Shown: positions 23,919-32,218 of the stretch, one piece after another
How positions within the stretch are numbered: the first letter of the stretch is position 1
How the letters are laid out: each line of letters opens with the position of its first letter
Source of the DNA: Thermoanaerobaculales bacterium
GTDB lineage: Bacteria; Acidobacteriota; Thermoanaerobaculia; Thermoanaerobaculales; Sulfomarinibacteraceae
DNA length: 32,218 nucleotides
Reading direction: 5' to 3'
NCBI GenBank assembly: GCA_029932545.1
Contig: JAOZPW010000004.1
Location: forward strand, 1 to 32,218
Made by a program: the position numbers and the translations under genes
Notes under the pieces: model-generated
Database searches by the model: none
What the model saw: the letters and a program-made list of their open reading frames with translations, nothing else
What the model was told of the DNA's origin: nothing

Positions 23919-25246
23919 AGGATGTACCGTGCCAGATCGCGGTCCGCGGCCAGGGGCCCGAGCACATTCTTGACCATGTCCTCGGTGACCTCATGGCGCT
24001 CGCCGGCCCGATCCGGCGCATCGAAGCTGATGTCATCCAGAAGTCGTTCCAGCACGGTGTAAAGCCTTCGTGCCCCGATATTCTCCGCCGAGTTGTTGAT
24101 CTCAGCAGCCATCTGCGCCAGGGCCGTCACGGCATCTTCGGTGAAAACCAGCTCCAGATCCTCGGTCGCCATTAATTCGGTGTACTGTCGAATTAGCGAA
24201 TTCTCGGGCTCGACCAGGATTCGCCGGAAATCATCGGCCGTTAACGCGTCGAGCTCCACCCTGATGGGAAACCGTCCCTGCAGTTCCGGAATCAGGTCGG
24301 CCGGCCGAGCAACGTGAAACGCGCCAGCAGCAATAAAAAGAACGTGGTCCGTTTTGACCGGACCGTAGCGGGTATTGACCGTTGTCCCCTCGACGATCGG
24401 CAGAAGGTCCCGCTGCACCCCCTCACGGGATACGTCAGGTCCGCCCCCACCGGCACGATCCGACGAAGCAATCTTGTCGATCTCATCGAGAAAGACGATG
24501 CCGGCATTCTCGACCCGCCGCAGGGCCTCGGTTTCGACCTGAGAGGAGTCGATCAATTTCTCCTCCTCCTCGCCCAGGAGGATGCGCCGCGCCTCTTCAA
24601 CCGTCATGCGCTTATTGCTCTTTTGGCCCCCGAAGATGTTCCCGAACATATCCTTGAAGTTGACGCCCATGCTCTCCATGCCCTGGGGGGTGAACATCTC
24701 GACCGTCGGCGTTTTTTGCTCAGTGATCTCCAGTTCGATCTCTTGGCTCTCAAGCAGTCCATCGCGCAATTGCTTTTTGATCGCCGGCCGCACCTCTTCC
24801 AGCGAGGCACCGACCGGAAGATTGGCAGAGACCACCAGGAGGTCGAGCAGCCGATCCTCGGCGGCTCGTTCCGCCCGGACCTTGACCTCACGGGTCCGGT
24901 TTTCACGGACCATCTGGATGCCGGCTTCGACCAGGTCGCGGACGATGCTCTCGACGTCCCGCCCGACATACCCGACCTCGGTGAACTTTGAGGCCTCGAT
25001 CTTGAGGAACGGAGACTCGGTCAGACGGGCCAGGCGGCGGGCAATTTCAGTCTTTCCGACTCCAGTCGGACCCATCATGATGATGTTCTTCGGCACAACC
25101 TCGTCACGAAGGTCTGGATCCAACTGCTGCCGCCGCCACCGGTTGCGCAGGGCGACCGCCACCGCTCTTTTTGCCAGGTTCTGGCCGACGATGTAGCGGT
25201 CCAGTTCGACAACAATTTCTTTGGGCGTCAAATTGTCCATGTTCAC
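23915..25246 (-). CDS. hslU: ATP-dependent protease ATPase subunit HslU
   Basis: [17 protein letters not shown], Walker [18 protein letters not shown] and Walker [10 protein letters not shown]. 443 aa. GTG 25246 lies 8 nt after GAGGAG; ATG 25240 is the alternative. Confidence 0.97.
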   Translation of the reverse strand: MNMDNLTPKEIVVELDRYIVGQNLAKRAVAVALRNRWRRQQLDPDLRDEVVPKNIIMMGPTGVGKTEIARRLARLTESPFLKIEASKFTEVGYVGRDVESIVRDLVEAGIQMVRENRTREVKVRAERAAEDRLLDLLVVSANLPVGASLEEVRPAIKKQLRDGLLESQEIELEITEQKTPTVEMFTPQGMESMGVNFKDMFGNIFGGQKSNKRMTVEEARRILLGEEEEKLIDSSQVETEALRRVENAGIVFLDEIDKIASSDRAGGGGPDVSREGVQRDLLPIVEGTTVNTRYGPVKTDHVLFIAAGAFHVARPADLIPELQGRFPIRVELDALTADDFRRILVEPENSLIRQYTELMATEDLELVFTEDAVTALAQMAAEINNSAENIGARRLYTVLERLLDDISFDAPDRAGERHEVTEDMVKNVLGPLAADRDLARYIL

Positions 25247-25782
25247 GAACTCAACTCCTCAATCGTAATGTGTTGATTGGTATAGATGTCAATGCCCCCG
25301 GCGATCTTCAGGCTCTCTTCGACAATCGTTCGGGCTTCGAGATTGGTGTGGGCCACCAGGGCTCGTGCCGCCGCGAGGGCGTAGCCGCCACCCGACCCGA
25401 CCGAGACAACGTCGTCGTCAGGGGAAAGCACCTCGCCGGTGCCCGACACCAAAAGCGTCGTCGTTGCATCGACGGTGATCAGCATCGCCTCGAGGTGGCG
25501 CAAAGCCCGGTCGGTACGCCATTCACGCGCCAACTCCACCGCCGACCGCTCGAGATTGTGGCTGAAAGCCTCCAACTTGGCCTCGAAACGGGTAAAAAGG
25601 GCCAAAGCGTCTGCAACCGACCCCGCAAAGCCCGCCAGGACCCGTCCGCCGGCCAGGGGACGGACCTTGGCCGCCGTATGTTTCATCACCGTTGTACCCA
25701 GGGTGACCTGGCCATCTGAGCCGATCGCCACCTTGCCGTCACGGCGAACCGCCAACACCGTTGTATGGTGCCATTCGTTCAT
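25243..25782 (-). CDS. hslV: ATP-dependent protease subunit HslV
   Basis: [23 protein letters not shown] (N-terminal Thr nucleophile after a short propeptide). ATG 25780-25782 is preceded by GGAGG at 5-nt spacing. Confidence 0.95.
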   Translation of the reverse strand: MNEWHHTTVLAVRRDGKVAIGSDGQVTLGTTVMKHTAAKVRPLAGGRVLAGFAGSVADALALFTRFEAKLEAFSHNLERSAVELAREWRTDRALRHLEAMLITVDATTTLLVSGTGEVLSPDDDVVSVGSGGGYALAAARALVAHTNLEARTIVEESLKIAGGIDIYTNQHITIEELSS

Positions 25783-25800
25783 TCGAGCCTCCAAACCGCC

Positions 25801-25828
25801 ATTGTATCAAGAAGCCATCAGCTGTCAG
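25801..25828 (-). promoter_or_regulatory. hslVU promoter: -35 CTGACA (25823-25828), 16-nt spacer, extended -10 TGATACAAT (25801-25809)
   Basis: Minus strand reads CTGACA-gctgatggcttcttga-TACAAT with TG one base upstream of the -10. The -35 hexamer is part of the heptamer array. Confidence 0.6.
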
Positions 25829-25837
25829 CTATCGGCT
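25817..25837. repeat. Heptanucleotide array ATCAGCT GTCAGCT ATCGGCT (AGCTG-N-CAGCT family)
   Basis: Three units. The 14-mer GTCAGCTATCGGCT is identical to 31937-31950. Confidence 0.85.
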
Positions 25838-25863
25838 CGTCACAGCGGTCCAAAGCCGCGAGC

Positions 25864-25894
25864 GCCGAAAACGCAAACCCGGGGCGTGCCGGGT
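25864..25894 (-). terminator. Rho-independent terminator inside the pcrA-hslV gap
   Basis: Minus strand reads ACCCGG-cacgcc-CCGGGT followed by TTGCGTTTTCGGC. 6-bp GC stem, 6-nt loop, T-rich tail. Confidence 0.6.
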
Positions 25895-25967
25895 GCGCCC
25901 TCTCTTCACCGGGCAGAACCCCCAACCGAGCCGCCGATGCGAAGAAGGGCGACACCGGGCAACCCTC

Positions 25968-26114
25968 GGCGAGCGCATCAACCACCGAATCTCGGCCAAC
26001 GCCGTAGGCCGCCGAGGTCATTTCCCTCAAGGGTAAGGCTCTCCCGATTCCGACAATGTCGCCCTTGAGGGAAATGCACCGAGCGGGAGGGCCGAAGGCG
26101 CTCCCGAAGGCCGG
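25968..26114. repeat. Copy 2 of the ~150-175 nt hairpin-rich intergenic repeat
   Basis: See copy 1. It contains a perfect 15-bp hairpin (CATTTCCCTCAAGGG at 26019-26033 with CCCTTGAGGGAAATG at 26062-76) and the flanking hairpins CTCGGC..GCCGAG and CGGGAG..CTCCCG. Confidence 0.85.
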
Positions 26115-26338
26115 GATTGAAATCCAGAGGCCGGGACGGTGGACAGCGTCCGAGAACGGCGTCAGGTGCAGGTGCAGCGGCAGATGGCAGCGTCGGCGAC
26201 CGAGGCGGCGGTGTGCGGGATCTACAACCCGAGAGCACCATGCGAGGCAGGAGCCCCGCGCTCCAACTCAGCCTTCCAGTGTCACGATGCACGATCGGAG
26301 TCGTGTGCTCCTAACCGGCATCCCAGCGTCCAAGCGTC

Positions 26339-28642
26339 CTAGACCTTCTCCAACTTTGCGATCGTCGGTACCAGCGTCTTGCGCCCCGCCCGGTCGAAGT
26401 AGATGATCAGTTTGAGCTGCGGCCCACGGCCCTGGCACGACAGCACAACCCCGGAACCGAACCTTTGATGGGACACACGGTCACCCGGTCGCCAACCCTT
26501 GCCGTCTCCATCTTCGACGGTTGCGGCAATCGGGCGTGCCCGCCCTCCCCTCATAAGGTTCCGGGTGGGAGCAGGACTGGTCCTGACAGATCTATCAGGC
26601 TGGGTCCCCATCACACCGGTTTGTGGCGCAACGGACCTTTGAAACCCTTGCCCCATGGTTGGAACGTCGAAACCCCAGCTCTGACCCACGATCTGCGAGA
26701 GCGCATCACTGTCGTCCTGAAGAGACTCTGAGGGAATCTCCACCAAGAAGCGCGACGGGCGGGTCGGATTTCGCTGGCCGAAGAGAAACCGCTCGCGAGC
26801 GGCCGTTAGGGCCAGGCGGTGGCGCGCACGAGTCATACCAACATAGGCCAGCCGCCGTTCTTCTTCGAGACCCTCGGCATCTTTCTGGGAGTTGGCGTGG
26901 GGCAACAGACCATCTTCAAAACCGACGACGAAGACCGCATCGAATTCCAGTCCCTTCGCCGAGTGCAGGGTCATCAGGCTGACGGAATCCACAGAGGCCT
27001 TTTGATCGCTGTCCTCGAAGAGGGCGATACCATCCAGGAAGGCCTCAAGATCTTGTCCCTGCAGCGAGGCCTCGGCCACAGCCGTTGCCAGTTGCCGGAG
27101 ATTCTCGCGCCGGACAACCTTCTCCTCTTCCTCGCCGTCATAGAGCCCCAGCAGGCCGGAGGTCTCAAGCAGCCACCCGACAAAGTCCGCAGGCGCCATG
27201 ATCTCCCTCTGCGTCTCGGCTTCGTCCAAGATTTCAAAAAAACGCCCGAGGGCAACCCGAGCCCGTGGCGTCAGAGTCTCAGGGGTATCCCTCGCCGCAA
27301 TCGGAATGGGACGACCCACTGCTTCAGCGTGGGATCTCAGGGCGTCGATGGTGACGGCCCCGATACCCCTGGCAGGCACGTTGACAACCCGTTCGAAGGC
27401 CAGTGCGTCTTCCGGGCGAACAACCAACCGCAGGTAGGCCAGGGCATCTTTGACCTCGGCCCGCTGCCAGAATCTCAGGCCACCGACGACCCGGTAGGGC
27501 ACCTGTCGTCGGGTCAGTTCTTCCTCGAAAGGCCGCGTCTGGGCATTGGTCCGCATCAGAACCGCCATCTCGCCAAGGGGATATCTCGACTGGAGGGTCT
27601 CGATGCGATCACACACCCACCGCGCCTCCTCCCGTTCGCTCGGCGCAATAAAGAGGTGCACCGGCTCTCCCCCCTCTTTTTCGGTGAACAACTTCTTGCC
27701 CCGGCGCTGGGTGTTGGCAGCGATCAGGGCGCCGGAGACTTTCAAAATCGGCGCGGTCGATCGGTAGTTCCGCTCCAGTGCGACAACGTGGGCGCCGGGA
27801 AAAGAGCGCTCGAAATCCAGGATGTTGTCCATCTCGGCGCCGCGCCACCGGTAGATGCTCTGATCCTCGTCCCCGACTGCGGTGATGTTGCCCTTTTCGC
27901 TCAGGACCGTGTTCAAGAGCTTCATCTGCAACTTGTTGGTGTCCTGGAACTCGTCGACCAGAAGCCACTGAGCGCGACGCTTGACCGATGCGGCGACGGC
28001 CCTGTCCGATGACAGGGCCTTGAGGACCAGCGCCAGCATATCGTCAAAATCGACGGCGCCTAATTCTTTCTTGCGGGCGGTGTAGCGCCGCCACAATCGG
28101 GCGACGACCTGAATCCGGACATCACCGGTTCGCTTTTCCAGGCTCTTCACACTCTCCATACGGTTGACATGGCCCGAGATTCGCGACAGCACCTTGCGGG
28201 CCGGGTATTCCTTGGGGTCGAGACCCTCATCCTTGAGAATCTTGACCATCAGGCCCCGTTGATCGTCACTGTCGATGATCGAAAACCTGCGCGGCAGGCC
28301 CGCAGCTTCCGGCCACCTACGGAGAATGTCCAGGGCCCATCGGTGGAAGGTGCCGACAAAGGCGCCTCCCAGGCCAGGGCCGGCATCGATCAACGTGGCT
28401 GCCCGTTCCCGCATTTCCCGGGCGGCCTTATTGGTGAAGGTGACGGCGGTGATTTCAAAGGGTTCAGCCGCACCCCGCCCAATCAAATGAGCAACCCGGT
28501 GAATCAATACCCGTGTTTTCCCCGACCCGGCCCCAGCCAGAACCAACAGTGGTCCCTCGCCGTGGGCCACAGCCTCCCGCTGTGTCGGGTTGAGTCCCTC
28601 AAGCAATCTGTCCGCAGTCATCTCAGCCACACCCATCTGCAT
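26339..28642 (-). CDS. pcrA: ATP-dependent DNA helicase, UvrD/PcrA family (SF1A)
   Basis: AGAGSGKTRVLIHRVAHLI (motif I), LVDEFQDTN (II), VGDEDQSIYRWRGA (III), a TLHSAKGLEF-type motif V/VI region (MTLHSAKGLEFDAVFV, YVGMTRAR) and a C-terminal Tudor-like tail. The start may be ATG 28621 (MTADRLLEGLN..). Confidence 0.93.
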   Translation of the reverse strand: MQMGVAEMTADRLLEGLNPTQREAVAHGEGPLLVLAGAGSGKTRVLIHRVAHLIGRGAAEPFEITAVTFTNKAAREMRERAATLIDAGPGLGGAFVGTFHRWALDILRRWPEAAGLPRRFSIIDSDDQRGLMVKILKDEGLDPKEYPARKVLSRISGHVNRMESVKSLEKRTGDVRIQVVARLWRRYTARKKELGAVDFDDMLALVLKALSSDRAVAASVKRRAQWLLVDEFQDTNKLQMKLLNTVLSEKGNITAVGDEDQSIYRWRGAEMDNILDFERSFPGAHVVALERNYRSTAPILKVSGALIAANTQRRGKKLFTEKEGGEPVHLFIAPSEREEARWVCDRIETLQSRYPLGEMAVLMRTNAQTRPFEEELTRRQVPYRVVGGLRFWQRAEVKDALAYLRLVVRPEDALAFERVVNVPARGIGAVTIDALRSHAEAVGRPIPIAARDTPETLTPRARVALGRFFEILDEAETQREIMAPADFVGWLLETSGLLGLYDGEEEEKVVRRENLRQLATAVAEASLQGQDLEAFLDGIALFEDSDQKASVDSVSLMTLHSAKGLEFDAVFVVGFEDGLLPHANSQKDAEGLEEERRLAYVGMTRARHRLALTAARERFLFGQRNPTRPSRFLVEIPSESLQDDSDALSQIVGQSWGFDVPTMGQGFQRSVAPQTGVMGTQPDRSVRTSPAPTRNLMRGGRARPIAATVEDGDGKGWRPGDRVSHQRFGSGVVLSCQGRGPQLKLIIYFDRAGRKTLVPTIAKLEKV

Positions 28643-28736
28643 CTATTCGTCTTTGTCATCTGAGCCACCGATCTTCCAATATCTTCTATCCTGCATTTCT
28701 CACCAGAGTCCGGCTGCGAGGCACGAAGGTATCTTT

Positions 28737-28756
28737 CCAGTTTCAACCAGTTTCGG
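28737..28756. repeat. 10-nt tandem repeat CCAGTTTCAA CCAGTTTCGG (shares the GTTTCNA core with 21891-21918)
   Basis: Read directly in the glmS-pcrA spacer. It abuts a 9-bp inverted repeat GGGCACGCC (28755-63) / GGCGTGCCC (28797-805). Confidence 0.7.
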
Positions 28757-28806
28757 GCACGCCAACGCTCACCAACCTACAAAGGAAACGGTCTGGGGCG
28801 TGCCCT

Positions 28807-30630
28807 CTATTCCACCGTCACACTCTTGGCCAGATTCCGGGGTTGGTCTACATCCAGCCCCAGTTCAACGGCCACTCGATAGGCCAGCAACTGTAAGGGG
28901 ATCGTAGTGACGATCGGCTGCATCAGGCGGTCAACGGCAGGAATCGGCAAGACGATGTCGGCCACCTGGGCCACGTCGGCGGCTTCCCGTTCCGCCACGG
29001 CGATGACCACCGCGCCACGGGCCTTAACCTCCATTAAATTGCCCAGAAGTTTTTCCCGCGTCGGCGTGGCCGGCGCTACGGTGACGATCGGGAACCCCTC
29101 GGTCAGAAGGGCGATCGGTCCATGCTTCATTTCACCGGCCGGATAGCCCTCTGCGTGGAGGTAGGAGATTTCTTTGAGTTTCAGTGCGCCTTCCAGCGCA
29201 ATCGGGTAGAGGCAGCCTCTGCCCAGGAACAGTGAATCCGTCGCCTCGGCCAACAGATGTGTTGCCTGCTCATAGGCCTCTTCGCTGCCTTCAATCGCCT
29301 GTTCGATCGCCAGGGGCAATCGCAGCAGTTGCCGAATAATCTCGGTGTCCATATCGTCCGACAGGCCACGAACCTGCCTCAGGGCCAGCGCCAGGAGGAC
29401 CATCGCCACCAACTGCGTCGTGAACGCTTTTGTCGAAGCGACTCCGATCTCGGGTCCGGCCTGGGTCAACATGCGGGCCTGGGACATACGCCACGAAGAT
29501 GATCCCCGGACATTGCAGATCGTACCCAGCAGGGCGCCGGCATCCTTGGCAAGCTCCATCGCAGCCAGGGTGTCGGCGGTTTCTCCGCTCTGGGTCACGC
29601 CGACAACCAGCACGTCCCGGGCCACCAACGGCTCCCGGTAGCGGTACTCCGACCCGTAGTCGACGTCAGTCGGAAGGCCCGTCAGACGCTCGATCAGGAA
29701 CTTCCCCACCAGGCAGGCATGCCACGAAGTGCCACACGCGACCAAGTGGATCCTCCTGACTTCGGCCAACCGGTCATGATCAAAACCAAGATCACCCAGG
29801 TTGACTGCGGTGCGGTCGGCGTTCAGATAGGCTCGAACGGTGTTTCGAACGGCATCGGGCTGTTCGTGAATTTCCTTGAGCATAAAGTGGCGAAATCCGC
29901 CCTTGTCCATCCGGCCCGCATCCCAGTCCAAGGTCTCTACCGGCCGGTCAGCCCTACGCCCATCGTTGTGAATGTGTGCTTCGTGCTGGTGAACGACGGC
30001 GATGTCGCCGTTTTCCAGGTAGATCACCCTCTTGGTTCGGTGCAACAGGGCCACGACGTCCGAGGCGACGATCATCTCGTCATCACCGACACCGACGACC
30101 AACGGCGGCCCGTTTCGGAAGGCAACGACGGTGTTGGGTTCATCTCGATTGACCGCCACCACCGCGAACTGTCCGACCAGGCGGGGCAGGATCGTCTCGA
30201 CCCGTTCAAAGAGGCTGCCTGTCGCTTGCCCCAACAATTGTGCGATCAGCTCGGTGTCGGTATCCGAAGCCAACGGAATCCCCTGATCCAAGAGTTCTCT
30301 GCGAAGGTCAGCGTAGTTCTCCAAAATTCCGTTGTGAACCACCGCAATGTGACCGTCGGCATCCACTTGTGGATGGGCGTTTGCCTCGGTCGGTGCGCCG
30401 TGAGTCGCCCAGCGCGTATGACCGACACCGACCGATCCTCGAGGCGGCTGATCAAAAGCCAACTCCTCAAGATTGGCCAACTTGCCCGCAGCCCTGAGCA
30501 CCTCGATCGTTTCTGTGCCCATCACCGCCAGACCGGCCGAGTCATAACCTCGATATTCCAGCCTCCTGAGACCGTCAAGGATGACCGGCACCGCCTGGTG
30601 CTCGCCAACGTATCCGATGATGCCGCACAT
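28807..30630 (-). CDS. glmS: Glutamine--fructose-6-phosphate aminotransferase (isomerising)
   Basis: MCGIIGYVG (Cys nucleophile must follow the Met, fixing the start at ATG 30628-30630, with SD GAGGAG upstream). Two SIS domains. C-terminal ...LAKSVTVE. Confidence 0.96.
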   Translation of the reverse strand: MCGIIGYVGEHQAVPVILDGLRRLEYRGYDSAGLAVMGTETIEVLRAAGKLANLEELAFDQPPRGSVGVGHTRWATHGAPTEANAHPQVDADGHIAVVHNGILENYADLRRELLDQGIPLASDTDTELIAQLLGQATGSLFERVETILPRLVGQFAVVAVNRDEPNTVVAFRNGPPLVVGVGDDEMIVASDVVALLHRTKRVIYLENGDIAVVHQHEAHIHNDGRRADRPVETLDWDAGRMDKGGFRHFMLKEIHEQPDAVRNTVRAYLNADRTAVNLGDLGFDHDRLAEVRRIHLVACGTSWHACLVGKFLIERLTGLPTDVDYGSEYRYREPLVARDVLVVGVTQSGETADTLAAMELAKDAGALLGTICNVRGSSSWRMSQARMLTQAGPEIGVASTKAFTTQLVAMVLLALALRQVRGLSDDMDTEIIRQLLRLPLAIEQAIEGSEEAYEQATHLLAEATDSLFLGRGCLYPIALEGALKLKEISYLHAEGYPAGEMKHGPIALLTEGFPIVTVAPATPTREKLLGNLMEVKARGAVVIAVAEREAADVAQVADIVLPIPAVDRLMQPIVTTIPLQLLAYRVAVELGLDVDQPRNLAKSVTVE

Positions 30631-30681
30631 GTCTTTCTCCTCAGTCGTTTCAGCCTCTTGCAAAAGACTGTTTTAGAGCAA

Positions 30682-30716
30682 TTAGCCATTAGCTGTTAGC
30701 TGTTAGCCGTTAGCAA
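30682..30716. repeat. Heptanucleotide tandem array TTAGCCA TTAGCTG TTAGCTG TTAGCCG TTAGCAA (minus strand AGCTAAC-type units)
   Basis: Five contiguous units in the tal-glmS spacer. Confidence 0.9.
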
Positions 30717-30736
30717 AAAACTTCATGGCTCTCAGA

Positions 30737-30753
30737 GCTAAATGCTAACAGCT
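30737..30753. repeat. Two inverted-orientation units GCTAAAT GCTAACA GCT
   Basis: GCTAACAGCT (30744-53) is the exact reverse complement of AGCTGTTAGC (30691-700 and 30698-707). Confidence 0.8.
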
Positions 30754-30771
30754 CCCGGCGAAGCCGGACTC

Positions 30772-31866
30772 TCAGCGCGCCGCGATTTTTTTGGCCAGTG
30801 AGGCCAGTAGATCGTCGAAGGCACCGGCAAAGGAAGCCACACCGTCGTGTTGCAGCTTCATCGTCACGGCCTTGAGATCGATGCCGTGAGCCTCGAGACC
30901 CTTCATAACGCTGTCGGCCGATGCCATGCCCTCCGCAAGTGCGTTCCGCGGCTTTCCGTGGTCCCGGTATGCGTCCATTGTCGCCGCAGGAATCGTATTG
31001 ACTGTCTGCGGCCCGACCAACTCTTCGACGTAGAGCACATCGGGATAGGCCGGATTCTTGGCCGAGGTCGAAGCCCAGAGCGGCCGCTGCACCTGAGCGC
31101 CCCGAGCTATGAACCTCTCAAAATTCGGCCCGTGGAAAATCTCCTTGAACCGACGATAGGCCAGGCAGGCATTGGCGATTGCGGCTTTCCCTCGGAGTGC
31201 GAGAGCCTCAGGCGTGCCGACGACCTCAAGCTGTGCATCGACCGCCGTATCCACCCGGCTGACGAAGAACGACGCAACCGAAGCGACCGTCGATGGTTCC
31301 CCACAACGCTCGAGACCTCGTACGTAGGCCTGGGCCACCGCCTCGTAGTCGTCCATCGAGAACATCAGGGTCGCGTTGACATTGATGCCGGCGGCGATCA
31401 ACGCCTCGATCGCTGGGATACCCTCAGCTGTTGCCGGAACCTTGATCATCAAATTGGGCCGGTCGACCCAGGCCCACAAGCGGCGGGCATCCGCGATCGT
31501 TCCTGTGGTGTCGTGTGCCAGATCCGGCGCCACCTCGAGGCTGACGAAACCGTCGCTGGAGTCACTGGCGTCATAGACCGGTCGCAAAACATCAGCTGCA
31601 GCCCGGATGTCCGTGACCGCCAGTTCTTCGTAGACTTCGACTGCGGTTGCCTTCGGATTACCACTGAGCACGGCATCAACCTGCTCGTCATACTCGTTGG
31701 TGCCGGCGATCGCATTCTTGAAGATTGACGGATTGGAGGTCACGCCTCGAACTCCGTCCTCTTCGACAAGCTGAGCCAATCCACCGCCTTCAACCAGGCT
31801 ACGCTGAATGAAATCCAGCCATACCGCCTGCCCATGATCCGCCCAGAGCGCCTTCAGTGCATTCAT
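30772..31866 (-). CDS. tal: Transaldolase (long, ~360-aa type)
   Basis: VWLDFI, GVTSNPSIF, active-site Lys region MIKVPAT. 364 aa. Adjacent to tkt. Confidence 0.93.
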   Translation of the reverse strand: MNALKALWADHGQAVWLDFIQRSLVEGGGLAQLVEEDGVRGVTSNPSIFKNAIAGTNEYDEQVDAVLSGNPKATAVEVYEELAVTDIRAAADVLRPVYDASDSSDGFVSLEVAPDLAHDTTGTIADARRLWAWVDRPNLMIKVPATAEGIPAIEALIAAGINVNATLMFSMDDYEAVAQAYVRGLERCGEPSTVASVASFFVSRVDTAVDAQLEVVGTPEALALRGKAAIANACLAYRRFKEIFHGPNFERFIARGAQVQRPLWASTSAKNPAYPDVLYVEELVGPQTVNTIPAATMDAYRDHGKPRNALAEGMASADSVMKGLEAHGIDLKAVTMKLQHDGVASFAGAFDDLLASLAKKIAAR

Positions 31867-31936
31867 CTCTATCCCCGTTTCTCAAACCCGGCAAATCCGG
31901 AACCAAAAAGGGACCACCCTGCTTCGCCGGGTTGCT

Positions 31937-31964
31937 GTCAGCTATCGGCTATCAGCTCTCAGCC
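31937..31964. repeat. Heptanucleotide tandem array GTCAGCT ATCGGCT ATCAGCT CTCAGCC
   Basis: Four contiguous units in the tkt-tal spacer. Same family and orientation as 25817-25837. Confidence 0.9.
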
Positions 31965-32057
31965 TTCAACCGATTGGAGTCGCACAATATCCGGCTCATC
32001 TCGTTGACACAAGTACGGACCGGACATTTCGATCAACCGAATGCGGCCTGTTGTCTT

Positions 32058-32073
32058 GCTGATGGCTGAGAGC
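32058..32073. repeat. Inverted-orientation units GCTGATG GCTGAGA GC
   Basis: GGCTGAGAGC (32064-73) is the exact reverse complement of GCTCTCAGCC (31955-64). Confidence 0.75.
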
Positions 32074-32095
32074 CAAAAGATTGAAGAAAACGAAA

Positions 32096-32218
32096 TCAAC
32101 CCTCAATTACCTTTATTGCAGCCTCTACGATCCTCTCGACCGTGAAACCCAGCTTCTCGGCCACGACCTCGCCCGGTGCAGAGGCGCCGAAGCGGTCGAG
32201 CCCAATGACGACGCCGTC
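32096..32218 (-). CDS. tkt: Transketolase, C-terminal 40 codons (rest outside the window)
   Basis: My own minus-strand translation gives [40 protein letters not shown]. This is the typical Tkt C-terminus (..FG.SAP...L...GFT.E.V). It is too short to appear in the ORF track. Confidence 0.8.
   Translation of the reverse strand, partial: DGVVIGLDRFGASAPGEVVAEKLGFTVERIVEAAIKVIEG

Noticed and set aside
25795-26338. Protein-coding gene or xerC pseudogene in the pcrA-hslV gap (ORFs 25978..26292 -, 25818..26030 -, 25761..26036 +)
   Set aside because: The translations are Pro/Arg/Ser/Gly-rich with no tyrosine-recombinase motifs (no HxxR / GH..Y blocks) and no SD. The ORFs cross the hairpin repeat. 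The gap is also too short for xerC.
26819-28012. 397-aa plus-strand ORF opposite pcrA/uvrD, and the 326-aa ORF at 29719..30699 opposite glmS
   Set aside because: Same reasoning: the opposite strand carries complete helicase and GlmS motif sets, so these are GC-skewed shadow ORFs.
30631-30771. Possible glmS ribozyme upstream of glmS
   Set aside because: The leader is at most 140 nt and is dominated by heptamer repeats. I could not find the conserved glmS ribozyme core. This should still be confirmed with cmscan.
32003-32008. Perfect TTGACA on the plus strand in the tkt-tal spacer
   Set aside because: There is no acceptable -10 at 16-18 nt and no plus-strand gene downstream. The 70-aa ORF 31857..32069 looks non-coding.
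1-32218. Defence island, prophage or mobile element content
   Set aside because: I recognise no integrase, transposase, toxin-antitoxin, restriction-modification, cas, or phage structural genes, and no tRNA attachment sites. Gene content is uniformly housekeeping. I saw no obvious compositional break by eye, but I did not compute one.

Overview
GC-rich bacterial chromosomal segment. It is a diderm, since lipid A/Kdo genes are present; an Acidobacteriota-like origin is only my inference from gene content. I call about 29 protein genes, almost all on the minus strand, in tightly packed and often translationally coupled operons. Reading the minus strand from high to low coordinates: tkt(partial)-tal-glmS-pcrA/uvrD; hslV-hslU-Fn3 lipoprotein-dapF-(62-aa ORF); DUF1573-tsaD-lepB, then a small membrane protein; membrane AlkP-family protein-GT2; icd-like-citD::citE fusion-citF-ACT protein; rpmE; prfA-prmC; arcC; small ORF; waaA-lpxK-lpxL. 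Plus-strand genes are a partial CrtI-like oxidoreductase, pyrF and mpl-pgpA. I see no rRNA, tRNA, CRISPR array, transposase, integrase or recognisable defence genes, so this is core-genome housekeeping DNA rather than an accessory island.

The unusual content is non-coding or structural:
- A family of heptanucleotide tandem arrays built on AGCTG-N-CAGCT, found in at least six intergenic spacers. One of them supplies the -35 element of the hslVU promoter.
- A second GTTTCNA heptamer array overlapping the dapF stop.
- A ~150-175 nt hairpin-rich repeat in two copies. One copy lies in a 544-nt gene-free gap that ends in a good intrinsic terminator, making it a candidate sRNA or long 3' UTR.
- A (G)10 homopolymer inside a membrane alkaline-phosphatase-family gene that is coupled to a glycosyltransferase, a possible phase-variation tract.
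- A CitD-CitE fusion citrate lyase cluster with no citC/citX/citG in the window.
- A perfect 21-bp palindrome upstream of a consensus-like promoter for an orphan carbamate kinase.
- An LptM-like Fn3 lipoprotein coupled between hslU and dapF.

All protein calls rest on motif and collinearity recognition from memory. No database search or folding computation was run.
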